DNA of 64,000 nt from Actinomycetota bacterium (lineage in GTDB: Bacteria; Actinomycetota; Acidimicrobiia; Acidimicrobiales; JAMCPD01): assembly GCA_023379935.1 (NCBI GenBank), contig JAMCPD010000020.1, forward strand, positions 3,382-67,381. Reading direction: 5' to 3'. The translations under genes and the position numbers were made by a program. This document shows positions 11,008 through 20,944 of this stretch, in pieces. Position 1 is the first letter of the stretch, and every line of letters starts with the position of its first letter. A model generated the notes under the pieces. That model did not search any database. It was not told the DNA's origin and saw nothing but the letters and a program-made list of their open reading frames with translations.

Positions 11008-14000
11008 ATGATTGCACTTCATGCTCAGTGGGTCCCTGCTCGGAAGCTTTTTCTCTGGGCTGAAGACGCTGTTGCTATGGCATCGCCGTCCAAGAGCCAG
11101 CCTCGCCGCAAGGGTAAGTCTGGTGGTGTGCCAAGGCATCCGTTCTCTGTATCTTCAGACGATCTTATTGTAACGCTTGGCATGCAGGCTCTCGGTGATC
11201 CCGCCGAAGTGGAGCTTTTACTGCCGGGTGCTTCCTCTCGCCCTTTTGCATCTCCGAGCGCCAAGCATATTGGCGACGAGCCACGTATCACCGCCAAACC
11301 GTCGCTGCGCCCGTGGCGGGTACCTGGTCTTTCCTATGATGCCCGGGCTGCACTGGAGGTTGCGTCCTTTCTCGCAACGCTTTTAGATCCTCATATTGCC
11401 CTTGATGACACTGTGAGATTCTTTGCTCAAGAGGTGGATGTGGCACTTGATCTTGTCGGGCGTGGTCGTGTCCTTCCGGGCATCGTACAACTTGATGATG
11501 GTGCCCCAGAGGCGCGGTGGATACCTATGCCCGCCGTCACGGATATGGTACGTGCGGTGAAACTGGCCGAGGCCATGCCCCCCCTGTACCGTGCTTGTGC
11601 GGGCGAGGCAGGCAATCCTGCAGCAATCGTGGCGGATACTTTGGCTGCACTTGTGGATGGTGCAGCGAGACTTGCGTGTGGGAATCTAAGTCTTCGCCGA
11701 TCATCGCGGCGTCTCCCCAAGCAAGACAAGAGTTTTGCTGATCGGCAACTTATCGAGGCATGGGTGGCAGGACTCAGCGGCAACAATCCTACAATCAATA
11801 TCGAATCCGCCGGGAGCGCTAAGGCGAGCAAGCAAGGCAGGATCGCCAAGGGCAAAAAGGCTGTTAAGTCGAGTGAGGTCGGTAAGGTGGGTGGTGCAAG
11901 CGAGGCAGCTGATATAGCCAAGATTGCGGGGATGATCCACGAGTGGCATCTAAGGGGCCGTGCCGGGGCGGCGATGCTGCGAACATGTTTTCGCCTTGTG
12001 GAACCGGTGGATGATCCAGAGGTCTCGGATCCTCCATGGAAGGTCGAGTTCCTTCTCCAGCCCGGCAGTGATCCAAGCGCCCTTGTACCAGCCGGAGAGG
12101 TCTGGAATGCCGGCCCTGCGGCCAAGGCGATTGAGGCAATCGATTATGGCGGTGAGAATACAGTACTACAGTTACTCACCGGTCTCGGCAGGGCTTCCCG
12201 GCTACTGCCGATGTTGGAAAGCGCTCTTCAGGTGGCACATCCTGAACAGCTTGAACTGGATACCGCCGGAGCGCTCGCCTTTCTGTCGGAGTATGCGCCA
12301 GTGCTTGAACAGGCTGGCTTCGGGGTGTTCGTACCGCAATGGTGGAGAACCAGATCGGCCCGTATCGGTGTCCGGATGCGAGCTTACCCGCGTGATTTCG
12401 ATGGCGATGGTGGTAGTAGTACGAGCCTGGTGGGGCTGGATGGACTCTGCAGCTACGATTATGAGGTGGCGCTCGGTGATGAGACGCTATCCATTGATGA
12501 ATTGCGGGCGCTGGCAGAAACGAAGATGTCTCTTGTTCAAGTGAGGGGGAAATGGGTTGAGATCAGCCACGACGATCTTAAACTCGCGATACACGCGTTG
12601 GAAGACCGCAGCCGGGGTATCGAGCCTTTCCAGATGGCACTCGGTGATTTGATACGTGCCGGTCTCGGGCTTGAGGATAGCAAGGTAGGTCTGCCGGTGG
12701 TGGATATCGTGGCTACGGGATGGTTGGGCAATCTGCTTGGTGCCTCCGATGCGGGTGAAGGGTGCCACTTTGAGTCGAGGGATACTCCGGGTGGTTTCGC
12801 GGGAAGCCTGCGCCCGTACCAAGAACGCGGCCTTGGGTGGTTATGGTACCTGGATCGACTGGGGTTGGGGGCATGCCTTGCTGATGATATGGGCCTTGGC
12901 AAGACCGCCCAACTTTTAGCACTGCTGCTGGCCGAGCGCGAAGACGGCAGTGAGCCAGAATGCTTTCATCCTACCCTGCTGGTCTGCCCGATGTCCGTTG
13001 TCGGCAACTGGCAACGCGAGGCGGCCCGCTTTGCGCAATCGCTTGCAGTGCATGTCCATCATGGTGGAAAGAGAGAGACCGGTAAGTCCTTCGCCAGAGT
13101 TGCAAAAAAAGCTGATCTCGTAGTAACTTCGTATTCACTCGTGGCACGTGACAGTGAGTTGTTGAAAGGCATTAAGTGGAGACGGGTGGTACTGGACGAG
13201 GCCCAGAACATTAAGAATCCCGGGACGAAACAGGCTCAGGCAGTAAGGATGCTTGATACGCCCCGGCGTGTTGCGCTCACAGGAACGCCTGTGGAGAACC
13301 GGCTTCGGGAGCTCTGGTCTATCATGACTTTCCTCGCTCCCGGGCTGCTCGGGAGCGAGGAGGCATTTCGAAAACAGTTTGCGGTTAAGATTGAGCGGTA
13401 CCATGACAATGAGGCAGCAATGAAGCTCAAGAAGATTACGGGACCCTTCATCTTACGGCGACTGAAGACTGATAAGTCCATCATTACCGATCTCCCTGAG
13501 AAGAACGAGATGAAAGTGTACTGCAACCTCACTAAGGAGCAAGCCACTTTGTACCAGGCGACTGTTTACGATATGCTCAGGCGTCTGGAAACGGCCATCG
13601 GTATGCAGCGCAAGGGAGTGATCCTTTCCTCCATCATGAAACTCAAGCAGGTCTGCAATCATCCGGCGCACTTTTTAGCAGATGGATCGCGACTTGCTGA
13701 CCGATCAGGCAAGCTTGCTCGGCTGGAGGAAATCGTAGAGGAGGCCGTATCAGAGGGTGACAGGATGCTGTGTTTCACTCAGTTTTCGGAGATGGGCCAC
13801 TTGTTGGTGCAACATCTTGAAGAACGACTGGGGTGCCGGATACCCTTCTTGCACGGAGGGAAGTCGAAACGTGATCGCGACGCCATGGTGGAGGAGTTTC
13901 AATCGGGTACCGGCTCACCGGTGTTTATTCTGTCTCTCAAGGCTGGTGGTGTCGGGCTGAACCTCACAGAGGCAAATCACGTGATCCATTACGATCGCTG

Positions 14001-14247
14001 GTGGAACCCGGCAGTGGAGGATCAGGCCACAGACCGGACCTTCCGGATTGGCCAACGCAAGGACGTACAGGTACGGAAGTTTATCTGTGTAGGTACCCTG
14101 GAGGAGAAGATAGATCAGATGATTGATCAGAAACGCGAACTCAGTGAGCTTATAATCGGTTCCGGTGAAGCGTGGCTTACCGAACTGTCGACGGATCAGA
14201 TTCGTGATATGGTTGCCCTGTCCGCCGATGCGGTTGCTGAGGCATAG
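11008..14247 (+). CDS. SNF2/SWI2-family helicase-like ATPase (HelZ/Rv2101-like)
   Basis: LRPYQ.RG, LADDMGLGKT, LDEAQ, LTGTPVEN, SLKAGGVGLNL, DRWWNPAVEDQATDR..RIGQ. Start moved from GTG 10975 to ATG 11008 (MIALHAQW). Confidence 0.95.
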   Translation: MIALHAQWVPARKLFLWAEDAVAMASPSKSQPRRKGKSGGVPRHPFSVSSDDLIVTLGMQALGDPAEVELLLPGASSRPFASPSAKHIGDEPRITAKPSLRPWRVPGLSYDARAALEVASFLATLLDPHIALDDTVRFFAQEVDVALDLVGRGRVLPGIVQLDDGAPEARWIPMPAVTDMVRAVKLAEAMPPLYRACAGEAGNPAAIVADTLAALVDGAARLACGNLSLRRSSRRLPKQDKSFADRQLIEAWVAGLSGNNPTINIESAGSAKASKQGRIAKGKKAVKSSEVGKVGGASEAADIAKIAGMIHEWHLRGRAGAAMLRTCFRLVEPVDDPEVSDPPWKVEFLLQPGSDPSALVPAGEVWNAGPAAKAIEAIDYGGENTVLQLLTGLGRASRLLPMLESALQVAHPEQLELDTAGALAFLSEYAPVLEQAGFGVFVPQWWRTRSARIGVRMRAYPRDFDGDGGSSTSLVGLDGLCSYDYEVALGDETLSIDELRALAETKMSLVQVRGKWVEISHDDLKLAIHALEDRSRGIEPFQMALGDLIRAGLGLEDSKVGLPVVDIVATGWLGNLLGASDAGEGCHFESRDTPGGFAGSLRPYQERGLGWLWYLDRLGLGACLADDMGLGKTAQLLALLLAEREDGSEPECFHPTLLVCPMSVVGNWQREAARFAQSLAVHVHHGGKRETGKSFARVAKKADLVVTSYSLVARDSELLKGIKWRRVVLDEAQNIKNPGTKQAQAVRMLDTPRRVALTGTPVENRLRELWSIMTFLAPGLLGSEEAFRKQFAVKIERYHDNEAAMKLKKITGPFILRRLKTDKSIITDLPEKNEMKVYCNLTKEQATLYQATVYDMLRRLETAIGMQRKGVILSSIMKLKQVCNHPAHFLADGSRLADRSGKLARLEEIVEEAVSEGDRMLCFTQFSEMGHLLVQHLEERLGCRIPFLHGGKSKRDRDAMVEEFQSGTGSPVFILSLKAGGVGLNLTEANHVIHYDRWWNPAVEDQATDRTFRIGQRKDVQVRKFICVGTLEEKIDQMIDQKRELSELIIGSGEAWLTELSTDQIRDMVALSADAVAEA

Positions 14248-14292
14248 GTGGAGAGATATCCATGCGTGATAGAGATATTAGGTACGATATAG

Positions 14293-15339
14293 ATGTCCAG
14301 GTATAACCGGTCTTATGAATGGTACCCCCAGCCGTCCCGGCCAAAGCCGGCCGATGGGTTGCGCGCCCGTAGCCAGCGGGGAGCCATAGGGGAGACTTGG
14401 TGGTCAAAGCGCTTCATTGATGTACTGGAGTCATTCCATATGGGTACTCGTCTCACCCGGGGGCGCACTTACGCCAGGGCGGGCCAGGTGCTCGGAGTGG
14501 AGGTGATGTCAGGAGAGGTTGCGTCACGTGTACAGGGTTCACGTTCCAAGCCCTACACAGTTTCCATCCGGCTATTGCCACTTTCTGCAAAGGACTGGGC
14601 GAAGGTGGAGAAGGCCATGGAGGAACGGGCGGTGTTCCTGGCAAAGCTGCTTGCCGGTGAGATGCCCCACGACATAGAAGAGGTCTTCTCGGCATGTCAG
14701 CTAAGTCTGTTCCCGGAATCCCTTCGCGATCTGGTAACGGATTGCTCCTGCCCCGATTGGTCCAACCCGTGTAAGCACATTGCGGCAACATTTTACCTGC
14801 TTGCAGAGACTTTTGACGAAGATCCCTTCCTTGTATTTCAGTGGCGAGGGCGCACCAAGAAGGAGCTTCTTTCCAGGCTGGCTTCGCGTGGCGGTATGCA
14901 AGACTATGCATCATATACAACCGAGCGCGTACCGTTTGACGGCGTGAAGTCTTGCGTTTCATCGGGTTCTCCTCAGACTTTCAGATTAGCCCAAGGGTCT
15001 GAGCAATACGGAGAGTCTCGCGACTCAAATAGTCTGTCCATGTCTGGCGGAGGGTTTGCCGTGACCCAAGAGCCGCCATCTACACTCTGGCCTATGCCAC
15101 TGTGCGGGATCCCGCCGCCTCTGGACGAGTGCATCGATACCTTTTACGAATGCGCCAAGGATATCGACGGCGTAAACTTTCACAATCCTGAAGGGATGCC
15201 GCACGATACAATATTGAACGAACTTGATGAGCTCCCACTCGAACTGGATGGCGTTCTCATCACTGATTTGCTGAGACCTGCCTACGACGCAATGGCGGAG
15301 TTGGTGGCGGGTTACGTAGCAAAGAGCACACCTGGTTAA
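14293..15339 (+). CDS. SWIM zinc-finger protein (Rv2102-like partner of SNF2)
   Basis: WWSKRFI..LE, RLTRGRTYAR, VQGS...PY, SWIM motif CSCPDWSNPCKH, DPF..F.WRG. Confidence 0.9.
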   Translation: MSRYNRSYEWYPQPSRPKPADGLRARSQRGAIGETWWSKRFIDVLESFHMGTRLTRGRTYARAGQVLGVEVMSGEVASRVQGSRSKPYTVSIRLLPLSAKDWAKVEKAMEERAVFLAKLLAGEMPHDIEEVFSACQLSLFPESLRDLVTDCSCPDWSNPCKHIAATFYLLAETFDEDPFLVFQWRGRTKKELLSRLASRGGMQDYASYTTERVPFDGVKSCVSSGSPQTFRLAQGSEQYGESRDSNSLSMSGGGFAVTQEPPSTLWPMPLCGIPPPLDECIDTFYECAKDIDGVNFHNPEGMPHDTILNELDELPLELDGVLITDLLRPAYDAMAELVAGYVAKSTPG

Positions 15340-15341
15340 TC

Positions 15342-16469
15342 TCAGCTGGACTGGGTGAAGCTGGCTACGTTCGGCACTTCTCCGGCGGTTGCCATTTCGG
15401 AAATCTGGGCGGTTTGTTGTTTTAAATAGGCATTCAAGAAATCGGTGGTTACCTGCCCGACAACTGATTCTGCTTGAGTTTGGGTGGTGTAAGGGGAGTA
15501 ATGACCTGCATTTAGCAGTTCCAGTAGGTATTTTGTGCCCGGATCCTCTTGGTATAGCTGGTTTGTAAATACAGGAGGGTTGATCTCGTCTTCCATCCCT
15601 TGCACCGCAAGCAAGGGCACAGGGGATGGCACATAGTATGAGCCGCTGCCTAAGTTAAGCTCTTGTCCCGACATTATTATGGCAGCCTTGATAAGGGAAT
15701 CACTGCAGCATGTGTCGTATGTGATGGCCATGGCGGTTTCCGCCCCGTCAGAGTGCCCCGCAACCGCTATTTCGGAAGGATTGATAAGGTTATACAAGAG
15801 GTTTGAAGGTGTAGAGTTTATTTTGAGGAGGCTTTGGATGACAAACGATATGTCGTAAGGTTGGTTCACAATATCATTTTCATAAGGACCGCCAGGCGTA
15901 TTCGGGTTGGTAAGGGGGAAAACCACCCCCGCTACCACATAGCCAGCTCTTGCCCAAGTCCGTAACAGGTGAGCATAGTCGTTTGGTACAAGGTCATACC
16001 CTGGGGCAAATACGACCAAGGGGTAGCCACCCTTTATATGCTCGGGTTTGGCACCTTGGTTATCTCCCGCACCGGGACTGCCGACTGCCGGGTAACGTAT
16101 ATAAGTGACTATCACTCTGGGCTCAGGGTTACCGGTTGAAGTATGAGGTGGGTATATCAAGCGATTTTCCGTGAAGTTCATTACGGACAGTCCCACGGCA
16201 AAAGGACCATTTGGATTAATCGGCGCCGTGCTAGTCGTTGTTGTTGGCGCAGTAGTTGACGAAGATGATATGGGCATTGATGGTTTAGTGGTGCCGCCTA
16301 CAGTGTTGAAAACATTCTTATAGTGCACAAGCAGTATAGTAAGTCCTATCAGAACTATAAGCAGTAGAAAACTGAACGAACGCAAAAGCCTTACCGGTCG
16401 TGAAGGGTATACCTTCTGTTTTTTGGTTGGCTTTTTACTTTTATCGCCTGCTTTACGACTTTTATTCAC
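15342..16469 (-). CDS. Membrane-anchored extracellular alpha/beta hydrolase
   Basis: Basic N-terminus, one TM helix, Thr/Ser linker, YPLVVFAPG, nucleophile elbow GHSDG, QG..D and AGH. Confidence 0.8.
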   Translation of the reverse strand: MNKSRKAGDKSKKPTKKQKVYPSRPVRLLRSFSFLLLIVLIGLTILLVHYKNVFNTVGGTTKPSMPISSSSTTAPTTTTSTAPINPNGPFAVGLSVMNFTENRLIYPPHTSTGNPEPRVIVTYIRYPAVGSPGAGDNQGAKPEHIKGGYPLVVFAPGYDLVPNDYAHLLRTWARAGYVVAGVVFPLTNPNTPGGPYENDIVNQPYDISFVIQSLLKINSTPSNLLYNLINPSEIAVAGHSDGAETAMAITYDTCCSDSLIKAAIIMSGQELNLGSGSYYVPSPVPLLAVQGMEDEINPPVFTNQLYQEDPGTKYLLELLNAGHYSPYTTQTQAESVVGQVTTDFLNAYLKQQTAQISEMATAGEVPNVASFTQSS

Positions 16470-16639
16470 TTTTTATAGGTTATCAAACAGCTGGCGGGTT
16501 GTTGTGGTTACATTGGATATACAACAAAAATGCCCTTGTTAAATTTGCGAAACTTGGTACAAATATAGAAGACTAGTGACAACAAACAGTTAGGATACCG
16601 ACTGGACAACAGTTGGAGTAAAAAAAGGAGTGTAAAACA

Positions 16640-16990
16640 ATGGCTGGTCTTTCAGCTATAGGTATAATAGTCTACTTAGCGGTAGTTGTCTTTTATATAG
16701 CTACTCTGTGGCGCATATTTGAAAAAGCCAACGAACCGGGTTGGGCTGCTATCATACCTATTTATAATACCTATATTCTTCTAAAAATAGTTAATCGTCC
16801 TGGATGGTGGCTTATATTATTATTCATTCCAGTTGTCGATATTGTAGTTTGGATTATCGTAACTAATGATCTGTCGAAAAGTTTCAATCATGGCACAGGA
16901 TTTACATTTGGGCTACTGCTTCTTGGCTTTATTTTCTATCCGATGTTGGCATTTGGCGAATCTCAATATACCAACATTGCCACCGCTTAG
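16640..16990 (+). CDS. Small membrane protein (DUF5684-like)
   Basis: WRIFEKA..PGWAAIIPIYN pattern, several TM helices, strong AAGGAG RBS. Confidence 0.75.
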   Translation: MAGLSAIGIIVYLAVVVFYIATLWRIFEKANEPGWAAIIPIYNTYILLKIVNRPGWWLILLFIPVVDIVVWIIVTNDLSKSFNHGTGFTFGLLLLGFIFYPMLAFGESQYTNIATA

Positions 16991-17048
16991 ATTGGGAAAG
17001 TTTGCTCAATGAAGTGTAGGCAACTGATCCAGCGTCTAAACTCAATGC

Positions 17049-17819
17049 GTGGATAAAAACAACAAAAATCACGAAACCCCAAAACCAACCGCCTTTTTGT
17101 CCTCAGCGAAATCATTGTCAAAGTCTATCGGCATTGCTCACCAGCGGAGGGTGTGGTCAAGGCGTTCGGAGTCGTGGGATCATGGAGACTTTCCAGGTAT
17201 TGACAAGTTGGTGGAACAGGTATTAAAGCTGGCGTGTCCGCAGTTAGATATGGTGGCAGTGGACTTAGGCTGTGGAAGCGGGCGCCTGAGCATTGCGTTG
17301 GCGCCCTTGGTATCACGAGTGATTGGAGTTGATGTCAGTTCAGCAATGTTGGATAGGTTGAACGAAAAAGCTCTGGAACAGGGAGTAGGTAACCTGGAGA
17401 CTAGGTTGGCGGCAATTGAAGACCTATCCTTTCAGTCTGGCAGTATCAGTTTGGTGGTTTCAAGTTATGCTCTCCACCACCTTAGGGATGACGATAAACA
17501 ACGGTTGGTTAAAGAAGCTGTTAGATGGTTACGGCCCGGCGGGCGCCTTGTGATAGGAGATATGATGCTTGGCAGAGGAGCAAGCAGGAAAGATCGCGAG
17601 ATTATTGCTTCAAAAGCAGCAGCTTTTTTGAAAAAAGGTCCTGGTGGATGGTGGAGACTTGTGAAGAATGCCGGACGCTTTCTGTTTCGGTTTCAAGAAC
17701 GGCCGATATCCGCGGATGCTTGGGTGAGACTGTTCAAGGAGAATGGTTTGGTCGATGTCCAGTCACATCCTGTTGTTGCTGAGGCCTGCGTGGTTTGCGG
17801 GAAGGTGCCAACCGGTTGA
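17049..17819 (+). CDS. Class I SAM-dependent methyltransferase
   Basis: VDLGCGSG, GVDVS..ML, SYALHHL, LRPGGRL. Confidence 0.9.
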   Translation: MDKNNKNHETPKPTAFLSSAKSLSKSIGIAHQRRVWSRRSESWDHGDFPGIDKLVEQVLKLACPQLDMVAVDLGCGSGRLSIALAPLVSRVIGVDVSSAMLDRLNEKALEQGVGNLETRLAAIEDLSFQSGSISLVVSSYALHHLRDDDKQRLVKEAVRWLRPGGRLVIGDMMLGRGASRKDREIIASKAAAFLKKGPGGWWRLVKNAGRFLFRFQERPISADAWVRLFKENGLVDVQSHPVVAEACVVCGKVPTG

Positions 17820-17821
17820 TT

Positions 17822-19270
17822 TCAAGTGAACCTTATTTTACTGCTGAAACTTCTTGAGGCAGACAAGATGCCGGCGATGACGAGAAACACCATGCAACCA
17901 TAAAAAGCGGAGTTCAGCCCATGGGTGAAAGGTGTAGACAGATCCTTGGAGAGATGGGTAGTGCCCACGAATATGGCAAATGCTAATCCCTTTGATATGG
18001 TTTCAGCAGATATCAACAAAGCTACCGAGAACGACATTACCATTCCAATATTTGAAAATGTCCGCAGCATTCCTGAAGCTATGCCGAACGATTCCGATGG
18101 CGAGGCTTTCATAACAGCGGAGTTGTTGGATGGGAAAAACAGTCCGCCGCCAATGCCGACCAGAGAGCTTCCCACTACAACAACAAATAAAGGAGTGCCA
18201 ATATGTAACTGGGCATAGACCAATAGTCCAACAGCTTGCAGACCCAACCCAACAGTCGCGGGAATGACGGGACCTATGCGATCAACCAACCGTCCCCCCA
18301 TTGGAGCTATGAACATTGTAAGCAGATAGCCGGGAACCAGTAAAAGCGAGGCATCCATGGGTGTTAGTTGGCGCACCCCCTGTAAGTACATGAGGACCAG
18401 AAAGAGGACTGCAAAGTTTGCCAGTCCCTGAAAAAAGCTGGCAAGGAGCGAAGGGGTCATGGTTGGTATCTTGAATAGAGACAGATGCAGCATCGGCTCA
18501 GACAGTACTCTCTCAAACAGGACAAACGCTCCGATCGAGATTGCACCACCTATGAATAGCAACAGAATTGTCAGGTTGAACGAGGAAGAGGAGGTGGTCA
18601 TCTTAGTCATAGCCCAAAGCAGGCAGAATAGCCCGACACCCAAAGTTATCATTCCTCCCCAATCAATTGAGTGAGAGCGCTGTTCGACTTTATCATGCAG
18701 TATTCGTATTGACAGCGCTATTACAGCTATGCCGATCGGAACGTTAATCCAAAATATCCACCGCCATGAGATATAGGTTATTATCACACCTCCTATCAGT
18801 ATTCCCAATATGGAGCCGATCGTCCACCCCATAGCTAAAAAGCCGTATGCCCGTCCGCGTTTTTGGATGGGGAATGTGTCCGCAATGATAGCGGAACTGT
18901 TTGCGGATACCAGTGCTCCCCCAATACCTTGAATAATTCTGAATAAGATAAGGAAACCTACTCCCCAAGACAGCGCACAGAGAAATGAAGCGGCAATGAA
19001 GATAATAAAACCAGTTTGATATATTCGCACTCGCCCAAACATATCCCCAAGTCGCCCTACCTGGGCAGCCAAGATAGTTACAACAAGCAGATAGCCAATG
19101 ATGACCCAAATAATTGTCGTTACCCCCGTTTGAAGAGCACGTTCAATGGTCGGTAGTGCCAGCACTACGATAGTGGTGTCAATGGCTACCATGAGTACTC
19201 CGGTCATAATGATCGCAAGAACCATGCCGGGGTGGGATGTCTGAACAGAGGCGGATTGTTTACTTTTCAT
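17822..19270 (-). CDS. MFS drug:H+ antiporter (DHA2/EmrB-like)
   Basis: DTTIV..ALP, motif A GRLGDMFGR, RIIQGIG, WRWIFWINVPIG; about 14 hydrophobic segments. Confidence 0.92.
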   Translation of the reverse strand: MKSKQSASVQTSHPGMVLAIIMTGVLMVAIDTTIVVLALPTIERALQTGVTTIIWVIIGYLLVVTILAAQVGRLGDMFGRVRIYQTGFIIFIAASFLCALSWGVGFLILFRIIQGIGGALVSANSSAIIADTFPIQKRGRAYGFLAMGWTIGSILGILIGGVIITYISWRWIFWINVPIGIAVIALSIRILHDKVEQRSHSIDWGGMITLGVGLFCLLWAMTKMTTSSSSFNLTILLLFIGGAISIGAFVLFERVLSEPMLHLSLFKIPTMTPSLLASFFQGLANFAVLFLVLMYLQGVRQLTPMDASLLLVPGYLLTMFIAPMGGRLVDRIGPVIPATVGLGLQAVGLLVYAQLHIGTPLFVVVVGSSLVGIGGGLFFPSNNSAVMKASPSESFGIASGMLRTFSNIGMVMSFSVALLISAETISKGLAFAIFVGTTHLSKDLSTPFTHGLNSAFYGCMVFLVIAGILSASRSFSSKIRFT

Positions 19271-19336
19271 TGTTACCTTTCATAATATGTTTATTATCTA
19301 CTATAGCCGGATTGCCTTGAACTATTACAGCAGGAT

Positions 19337-20359
19337 TCAATGCGATAGTTTTAACAGTTTTTCAAGTGCCTCGGCGGCCATAATTATTGGTTCTAAGCGA
19401 TAGACATTGTGAATGGAGAATATCATTCCGTCCAGCCCCGTCGCCAAGTACTCTGCTACTTGTTCACTAACCTGATTTAGATCACCGGCTATTAAAGTTC
19501 CAGAGGTTTGTTGTGGCGGTACTCCTCGATCAGCTGCTTGGGCAATCAGTTTGGTACTTTCTCGCTTTGCATCAGCATTGGTATCCGCTATAACCAGTAC
19601 TCCAAGTCGGGTCTTGGTTATTTCACTCGGATCCCTTGCCACTTGCTCGCAGTGGTGATTCAAGACGCTCAGTTTGTGAGCGATAGTTGGAACATCTCCA
19701 AACAGGTTGCATGCATTTGCATATTTAGCCACCAGTTTTAAGGTTTTTCTTTCTCCGCTTCCGCCTATCAGGATTGGGGGACCCCCGGGGCGCAAAGGTT
19801 GTGGCAGATTCATGGCATCAACCAACCGGTAGTGATTACCGAGAAAAGTAGTGGATGGCGATTTAAACATAGAGCGACAGATTTGCAAGGCTTCTTCCAA
19901 CATCTCAAACCTTTGCTTTACAGGAGGAAAGGCGATACCCATGCTTTCATGTTCTTGTTGGTTCCAGGCAGCCCCAATTCCAAGTATGGCTCTTCCTGAC
20001 GAAATTACATCCAGCGTTGTTACGGTTTTTGCCACCAAGGCGGGGTTTCTGTGTGTGACACCTGTGACCAATGCACCGAGATTGATTGATTTAGTATGTG
20101 GTACAAGCGCGCTAAGTAAGGTATACGCCTCCATCATAGGGTCAGTACTGGGACCCACCATCGGTATTTGTTGAAAATGATCCATAACCCATATTGAATC
20201 AAACCCTGTTTCTTCAGCAGTTTTGGCTATTTTGACAATCCTGTCAAACAACTGGCTGTCGGAGACATTGCTGTATGTAAAGTTTGGTATCTGCAGTCCG
20301 AGGCGGGTCAAAGGTTTTGGGGATTGGGCGGTTTTTGGAGATGTTGTAGGTTCAGCCAT
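19337..20359 (-). CDS. LLM-class F420-dependent oxidoreductase
   Basis: GFDSIWVMDHF, EAYT.L, RNPA.VAK...TLD..S.GR..LGIGAAW, ILIGGSGE.KTL. Confidence 0.88.
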   Translation of the reverse strand: MAEPTTSPKTAQSPKPLTRLGLQIPNFTYSNVSDSQLFDRIVKIAKTAEETGFDSIWVMDHFQQIPMVGPSTDPMMEAYTLLSALVPHTKSINLGALVTGVTHRNPALVAKTVTTLDVISSGRAILGIGAAWNQQEHESMGIAFPPVKQRFEMLEEALQICRSMFKSPSTTFLGNHYRLVDAMNLPQPLRPGGPPILIGGSGERKTLKLVAKYANACNLFGDVPTIAHKLSVLNHHCEQVARDPSEITKTRLGVLVIADTNADAKRESTKLIAQAADRGVPPQQTSGTLIAGDLNQVSEQVAEYLATGLDGMIFSIHNVYRLEPIIMAAEALEKLLKLSH

Positions 20360-20393
20360 ATTATAAAAAAAGTATACTATTTTATTTTGACTA

Positions 20394-20428
20394 TTGACTT
20401 ACAACTAAAAATATGATAAAGTTGATCT
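20394..20428 (+). promoter_or_regulatory. Sigma70-type promoter for a leaderless DUF4395 transcript
   Basis: TTGACT (20394-20399), 17-nt spacer, TG-a-TAAAGT (20414-20422), ATG 6 nt later at 20429. Confidence 0.6.
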
Positions 20429-20944
20429 ATGAAGTCATATATAATAAAACTGTTCTCCTTTCCGAGTTCGGTAAATGAAGTGGCATCGCGTGTGGTAGCG
20501 GGATGTGTTGCAGCACTGTCTCTTGGGGCGGTTTTTCTGGCGCAGCCTTGGATAGTTATCCTACTTGCTTATGGGTTTTGGGCTCGCGTCCTTACCGGCC
20601 CGTCTCTTAGCCCGCTTGCCCAGCTTGCGTTGCGTGTAGTGTCACCCAGGATAACTTCACATCCGCGTCTTGTCCCCGGTCCTCCGAAACGTTTTGCGCA
20701 AGGAATCGGCGTCGTCTTTTCAAGTTTAGCTTTGTTGTCATACTACGGGCTTGGGTCAAGGCCGCTTACTTGGACACTGCTCATTTTACTTGGGTGTGCT
20801 GCTTTTTTGGAGGCTGCTTTTGCCTATTGCCTTGGTTGCAAAATCTTCGGTTTTTTGATGAGGCATGGGTTTGTTCCTGAAAAAGTTTGTGAGGAATGTG
20901 CCGATCTTAGCTCACGTTATGCCGGTCATGCTCCCATGGCATGA
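20429..20944 (+). CDS. DUF4395-family membrane protein
   Basis: FSFP..VNE..SR, PGPPKRFAQ.IG, LEA.F.YCLGC, C-terminal CEEC. Confidence 0.8.
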   Translation: MKSYIIKLFSFPSSVNEVASRVVAGCVAALSLGAVFLAQPWIVILLAYGFWARVLTGPSLSPLAQLALRVVSPRITSHPRLVPGPPKRFAQGIGVVFSSLALLSYYGLGSRPLTWTLLILLGCAAFLEAAFAYCLGCKIFGFLMRHGFVPEKVCEECADLSSRYAGHAPMA

